This document shows, piece after piece, positions 57,650 to 64,000 of a stretch of 64,000 nucleotides of DNA. Every line of letters begins with the position of its first letter. Position 1 is the first letter of the stretch. The stretch is from Eledone cirrhosa (taxonomy: Eukaryota). The stretch is taken from contig OZ024740.1 in the NCBI GenBank assembly GCA_964016885.1, forward strand, positions 221,712,001 to 221,776,000, in the 5' to 3' direction. A program made the position numbers and the translations under genes. The notes below the pieces were generated by a model. The model was not told the origin of the DNA and searched no databases. It saw only the letters and a program-made list of their open reading frames with translations.

Positions 57650-57654
<5 letters not shown>
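57288..57654 (+). mobile_element. Retrozyme-like monomer (period 323 bp) with terminal redundancy, in (TA)n
   Basis: ttaaacat.cagtatattgc.aaatatac at 57288 and 57611; non-coding; one HHR. Confidence 0.8.
57469..57551 (+). ncRNA. Intact hammerhead ribozyme, U3-A8 core variant
   Basis: gagtagtc-TTGATAA-acgct aatg agcgt-GAAA-cag ga ctg-T-C-gattactc; stem I extends agaagcgaagggg/tcctttgcttct. Confidence 0.82.
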
Positions 57655-57702
<48 letters not shown>

Positions 57703-57968
57703 ATTTCAACCACCAGCGTGGAGAGAATATAAGCTACTAGAGGTATAGGAGAAACATAATAATTAAAAGGATAAATTTAAATGAAAAACCTACCTCATAA
57801 ACTAAACACCACCGACACAAATTCGGTAAGAATTCGTTTCGCCGTGTTACTGGTTACAAACTCACCTCTTGGCTCATCACCAGGTGCGAAGCTGATACTG
57901 TCTCCACTACTAGAGAACGCTCATTGAATTACAGGTTTACACGTGAGTCCTATACTCCGTTATTTTAC

Positions 57969-58041
<73 letters not shown>

Positions 58042-58751
58042 GATGTAAAGAGCCGGGCCAAATACCACAAACGCATTTGGCTGGCGCTCTACCAATTCTG
58101 CCAATCCATCAACCTTGTGGTTCACATAATAAAGTGGCCTCTTGTATAATTCTTTTACTTTTCATATTTTCCGATTTACATGAAATTGGATTAGTGAGTT
58201 TGGTGGTTAAGTCTAGTTCCTTTAGCATTAAGTAGACTGCAAAGAAATAATTATTTGCATTAAACACTGAACAATGACAGGGAGATTTGACCCATGCGAC
58301 ATTGCAAGTATGTGAATCACTCGTTATTTCTTCAGCATCACCGTTGCATACAACGGTAAATTATATAACCTACAGCCGGCATTAGTGTTAAGTGAATTTC
58401 GCCATTGAAACGAAATATCTTATCCAAAGAAACATGCAGCAGCGTTGATAAGACATGATTCTTTCTGGAGAGGGAAAAATATTATGAATAGAACAATCCA
58501 AGTCTTACTAAGTAGATTAACCAGTCTGTTTGTAGAAAGCAAAGCAAGATAGTTTTCACACAAGTCGATAAGTAGACTAATAAAATAAGCTAAGAAATAA
58601 ATGTTCGTCCCGGTCTTATGTTGTTCTCTCTCTAGTATAATCGATGTCGACAAAATCATTTCCATGTTAACTGATGTACATTTTATAATTTTACTATGCA
58701 TACGAATTAGCTTGACAGATTGTACTAAATATTATATAAGAATTATTATTC

Positions 58752-58782
<31 letters not shown>

Positions 58783-59229
58783 GTTCAGCCATCATACTGA
58801 GGTCAAGCTGGAGCACTGCATTGAAAGGATTTAGTTGATCATATTGATCTATTTTTCAAATCTGGTACATATTTTACAGAATTCGTTTTTGTTACAACGC
58901 GAAGTTAAGAGACATAAATATACAGTAAACGTACACAGACACACACATATACAATACCACACCCACCCCACACACTCACACCCATCCACACCTACACCCA
59001 CCCACATCTACACCCACCCACTCCCACACGTCTGCGATGGTCGGGTGAAAAGGTCATAGGCTGAAAAGTTTATAGGTTAACCAGTATACTCTCATGGAAT
59101 GACCAAATGAGATTCATTTTTCAACGTATTCTCCGGAACGTAACAATCCTGAGATATTAATAAGCGTTGAAATTAATACATTCGAGATTTCACAACTGTA
59201 GCATCAATAATTTGTTACACACGGAATCA

Positions 59230-59585
59230 CCCTGAATTTCCCTGAGAACTACATTAAGGGTGCGCGTGTCTGTGTAATGCTCCGCCACTTGCATGTTTAT
59301 TTCAATATCAAGCTATTCTGTTGTTCAAACCACTGAAACACTCGGCGTCACAACCGATGGATATCCTGTACACAATACTTCATATTCAATGGATGGAATC
59401 AATCTCTGTTGGTTTGGATGATGAGTGTATCTGTAGTTCGATCAACAGGACAGCCTGCTCGTGAAATCAACGTGTAAGTAGTTGTGTATTCTACAGACAC
59501 ATGTCCTTTTAAGGTAAAATCTGTAGGAAATTCAGTGTGACTGTGTGATAAGGGTGGCAATTTGAACTACAGATACACGCCATCG
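59230..59585. repeat. Inverted pair of an old repeat (relatives at ~6060-6150, 46435-46520)
   Basis: ac.ttaaggg..cgtgtctgt..ag/c cacttgca.gtt shared. Confidence 0.5.
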
Positions 59586-59806
59586 GACGAATTTCCATAC
59601 AGTTTCCATCCACCCAATTTCATGGGTCGACTCGAGGTTATAGTATTTGACACTTACTCACGAAGACATAAAATGGGATCGAGCTCGTGATCTAATGATT
59701 GCGAAGCGAATTCCTTAACCATTCGACCATGCTGCGTCCACTAATATACAATGACTGTAATTCATACGCAATACACAAAGACCAAGTGTTCGATTTCACA
59801 AATCCT

Positions 59807-60150
59807 ACATCATCATCAGGTGCCAGGTCTGATCCAGACATCAGTGATCCTGACTCTACATTCCTTCCTGTTGCCAGTGTTCAGGATGAGGTCGCTCTTT
59901 CATGTCCTATTTTCGTTAACGTATTTGTTCAAACTGTCTGTAAATGCCGTTCTTTGTCTTCCTTGTCTCCTATTGCCAGCGATCTTGCCACAAAGAATCA
60001 GCTTCTCCAAACCATCTCTTCTCTTTATGTGGCCAAAGAATTCCAGTTGCCTCTTTCTAATAGTATGGACAAGAGAACTTTCCATACCTGCCAGTCATAG
60101 GACTTTATAGTTGGTTTTCTTTTCCCCTCCAAGATATTTTGAATATCATT
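59807..60150 (-). mobile_element. 3' end of an RTE-clade LINE
   Basis: RKRQLEFFGHIKR..LEKLILCGKIAGNRRQGRQR; (TGA)n tail. Confidence 0.85.
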
Positions 60151-61455
60151 CATTACGGCTTTAAAAAGAATTCTAACGCGCCTATCTTACTCGAAATATT
60201 GTGCAGCCCTACATCTCCATATTGAAGTAAAATTGTTTTGGATCTGGGTACGAGACCAACAACTTGGCAATGGAGGAATTCGGATAAATCGAGACAAATA
60301 CTTGATCGTTACTTTACTTTAACGACCCCCGGAAGCATGAATCGCAATAGTGACCGCGGATGAATTGGAACTCAGAAAGTAAAGAGCTGGAACAAATGCT
60401 GTAAAGGATTATGTCTGGCGCTATCACAATTCTGTCATCCCACCGTTTATTGAAGTAAAATTGATGTCGTAATGAAAATCATGAAACACTTCTAAGTGGT
60501 GAACTCAAAATATCGCGCAATTCATTGTAAGAATTATTCATATATTCCGATGAATATTCGTATATTCAAATGGATATTCTATTGAAATCTGTATACATTT
60601 GTAAAGAAATTCTATGATGATATGAAAATCATACGCGTCGTATCAACGTTTCTGTCCAGCTTTAACCAATTCACATATCTGGTTTCATTGAATGAAATAA
60701 ACAATAACACGAGAAACAATCTCAGTTATATTGTACAGATATAGAGGAAATACATAAGGCGATAACTGAAATCAGATACTTCGAGATTATTTGTTAATGT
60801 TATTTCCAGATTGGTTGAGAAGATTTTTGTTCTCGTGCGTGTGCAGGGTAGAAATCGATATATTTAGACATTAATGCCTAAGTAGAGAAGGGGGGGGGGG
60901 GTGACTAGGAAGAGGACGAGGAAGATAAAGAGAAAAACTTGGATTTCTAATAATGGGATAGAATAAAAGAATGTGACCAATGGGACTGCTGCAGTTATTA
61001 CGGAAAATCTGAGAGTCAATGTTAAGAGAATGTGATCAATATTTTTATAGAGGTAATCAGATATAAAGAATTATCTCATTGTAAGCGAAATCACAACAGC
61101 ATCAGAGGAGATATCGCGGTTTTTTATGGTTCAAATCATTTCTTTTTTATGGTGGGGGTGGGTGGGGGGTGGATTCATTTAGTGCGAAGATATTTGACAC
61201 TTGACATGGGAATAATATTTTATCAATTTCTTGACAACGTATTTATGCTTATTTGTTTTGTATTTCATTGATTTACATATTTATTAATTTATTATGTAGG
61301 TGGGGGATTGAAACAGTCATTATAAAATCGGATGGGATGCTATGCAGTATTCGTTCCTGCTCCAGTGTCACCCAAGTCAACATCAACTTACATTTTTCGT
61401 GGTCGATAACTAAAGTACCAATCAAGTAATAGAAGTTGATTTCCTCTTCTTTCTC

Positions 61456-61518
<63 letters not shown>

Positions 61519-61773
61519 ATAATTCAGCTGTCTCCCGACCTTGAGGGATTGGCCTCACCTTTAAGTATCAATAGAGTGCCCTCATGAATCCGTCAGGTGT
61601 TAAGTATCAATGCATTCATTCATTTACTAAATTTTGCTAACGATTTGAAAATATCTGAAGCGACATATTGCTGGGACAGTGCGTTGAAAAGATTTACTGT
61701 TGTACCTATTTTATCGATCTATGTTCTGCCGAAAAGCGGGACATATATTAATAGCTGATGTAAACGCACATAG

Positions 61774-61906
<133 letters not shown>

Positions 61907-62106
61907 AAACATTTTTAACCCCGACGGCGGAGCTCAAGCCGTTTCGACGGCTATTTCTGGACCAGAAATAGCCGTCGAAACGGCTTGAGCTCTGCCGTCG
62001 GGGTTAAACTTTTTCCTATTACCCACTCTACTACCCTAAGTATTGAGTACTCTGGTGCGTTATGGTCCATCTGGTTCCTTACCACACCTTCGTTATATAT
62101 ATATAG

Positions 62107-62288
62107 GTGGATTGGCAGTATCGGTAGAGGGGCGGACGCCATGCTTCCCAGCATAGTTACGTCCCTTAACGATCTGAGTTCAAATCCGGCCGAGGCTGAC
62201 TTTGCCTTTCATCCTTACGGCGTCGATAAAATAAAGTACCAGTAATGTACTGGGTAATTGCTGGCCTTGTGCCAAAAGTAGAAACAGT
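62107..62288 (+). mobile_element. SINE
   Basis: full consensus. Confidence 0.9.
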
Positions 62289-62334
<46 letters not shown>

Positions 62335-62336
62335 TA

Positions 62337-62560
62337 GTAATAATAATAAAATTGAAGACTAAAATCCAAAGAGGGCTCGATAAGGAAAATATATATCAAA
62401 TATATAAGAACCGTAGAGCCAATATTTATTAAAATAACAGATTAAAGTTTAAGCAAAGAATCGCTGCTTTCACCCTTAACGGGATCTTCAGAAGATCCCG
62501 TTAAGGGTGAAAGCAGCTATTCTTTGCTTAAACTTTAATCTGTTATTTTAATAAATATAT
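62337..62560. mobile_element. Palindromic terminus folded back inside the HHR core (15131 family)
   Basis: gggatcttc-a-gaagatccc centre at 62490. Confidence 0.8.
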
Positions 62561-62581
62561 ATATATATATATATATATTCT

Positions 62582-62617
<36 letters not shown>

Positions 62618-63126
62618 AGTGATATATATACACATATATCACACCAAAATCATCGGTCAAATGAGTCTATGATTACTCTTGCCTCATGATAACGAACCAA
62701 ACTCTTTAAACAGTAGCCATGCCTGAGCCTTTCATAAACATTATTAAAATTGTAATCTAGTTTGAATTCCGTCAGTTCCAACACGAGCCGAACATCCTAA
62801 CCACTAAGCCACTTTCTTCTCAGTAAAATTATAGAAATAAGAAATATATTAAAATTTATTTTAGATGTTCTTTTTTTATTTCCAATTTTTTCTGAAAAAA
62901 AAAATTTTATTTATAAAAATATATTTTTTAATATATATATATATTTTATTTAATTTTCCACTCTCTGTATGTATTTGTGTGTGCGCGTGCGTGCGTGTGT
63001 CTGTATGTGTGTTTGTGGTGTGTGTATGTGTGTGGTCTGTGTAATATTGAAAACAATAATTGGATAGGAAAGTACTACAACATTCTAATTCTTATGAGAA
63101 TAATTTTGAAGTAGCATTATTTTTAG

Positions 63127-63312
63127 TGGATTGGCAGTATCGGTAGAGGGTCGGACGCCATGCTTTGACGCATAGAGTTACGGCCCTTGCCATTCTGAGT
63201 TCAAATCCCGCCGAGGTTAACTTTGCCTTTCATCCTTATGGGGTCGATAAAATAAAGTACCAGTAATACACTGGGTAATTGCTGGCCTTGTGCCAAAAGT
63301 AGAAACAATTAT
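63127..63312 (+). mobile_element. SINE
   Basis: full consensus. Confidence 0.9.
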
Positions 63313-64000
63313 TTTTACTTAATATACACCTAGCAATCTCATTTTTCATTAATTATCCGTGCTGAGCTACGATGCTTTAGTATTTATAATTCAAAGAATA
63401 AATGACTCAGATAAAATTGGAATGAATCTTCTATATGCTGATTGAAGGGGTATTACCAAGATGTGTGACGTCAATTTATCTGGAAATTTAAAGTAAATCA
63501 AATTAAATATCCAATTTTACTCTCCAAAGATAGATATTAATGCGGCACCATCTACCATCTGTCATTTCCAGCTTCTCTGGGGGTCGAACTCTCTCCCGAT
63601 ACTCCCCTCTCTATCCACTACCCCCTTCTTTCTCTCTCAAACCCGCTCTCTCTGTTTCTGTGAAGACACGTCGCCTAATAGTAAATGTGTTGAGCACATG
63701 ATCAAAAAGGTTTCGGTTTGATCTTACTGCAACTGGAAACTTGTAGTATGTTCCTCAACAAGACATGATTTCACTCTGCTTTAGTCCACTCGGCTGAAAA
63801 AATATATACCACCCACAACACAGCTGGTGTGATGGCCGGTTTGTTTTGCTCTGGCTAACCATACGACGGACTAGCGTCATGATATGTAAGGAGGGGAATT
63901 TTGCACCCTCAGTTGCTAAACGCTAATGAAACCAGGTTGTGTTCTGTGAGATATTTGAAACCAAATACCCTAATGATTCATTAATAAAATCTAATCACAC

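Noticed and set aside
57825-57885. HHR-like motif on the minus strand
   Set aside because: CTGA is missing and stem III is mismatched; dead relic.

Overview
AT-rich, microsatellite-saturated animal genomic DNA, most likely an octopod cephalopod (inferred from a dominant tRNA-derived SINE resembling Octopus OK-type SINEs; not verified). One host gene is evident: a spliced carbohydrate sulfotransferase (Sulfotransfer_2/CHST-like) on the minus strand at ~34.4-37.0 kb. The rest is mobile DNA: ~20 SINE copies with long target-site duplications (TSDs), a truncated Ty3/Gypsy element with an 18-nt tRNA-Trp primer-binding site, an internally deleted mariner, CR1/L2-, RTE- and CRE-like LINE fragments, and MITEs. 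Most long ORF-track entries are microsatellite artefacts. The main signal is a dense set of Penelope-like elements (PLEs) and small non-coding relatives inserted into (TA)n tracts. They carry more than a dozen hammerhead-ribozyme (HHR) motifs from about ten unrelated families, often as head-to-head palindromes. Several HHRs are atypical. A ~310-320 nt circularly permuted, retrozyme-like family has a U3-A8 core (UUGAUAA) conserved across copies whose stems differ with compensatory changes. Other families have stem II inserts of ~50-220 nt, or CAGAAGA and CUGAGAA cores. A further permuted repeat family has a covarying structured motif that is not a canonical HHR. All folds were done by eye, and element boundaries are approximate.
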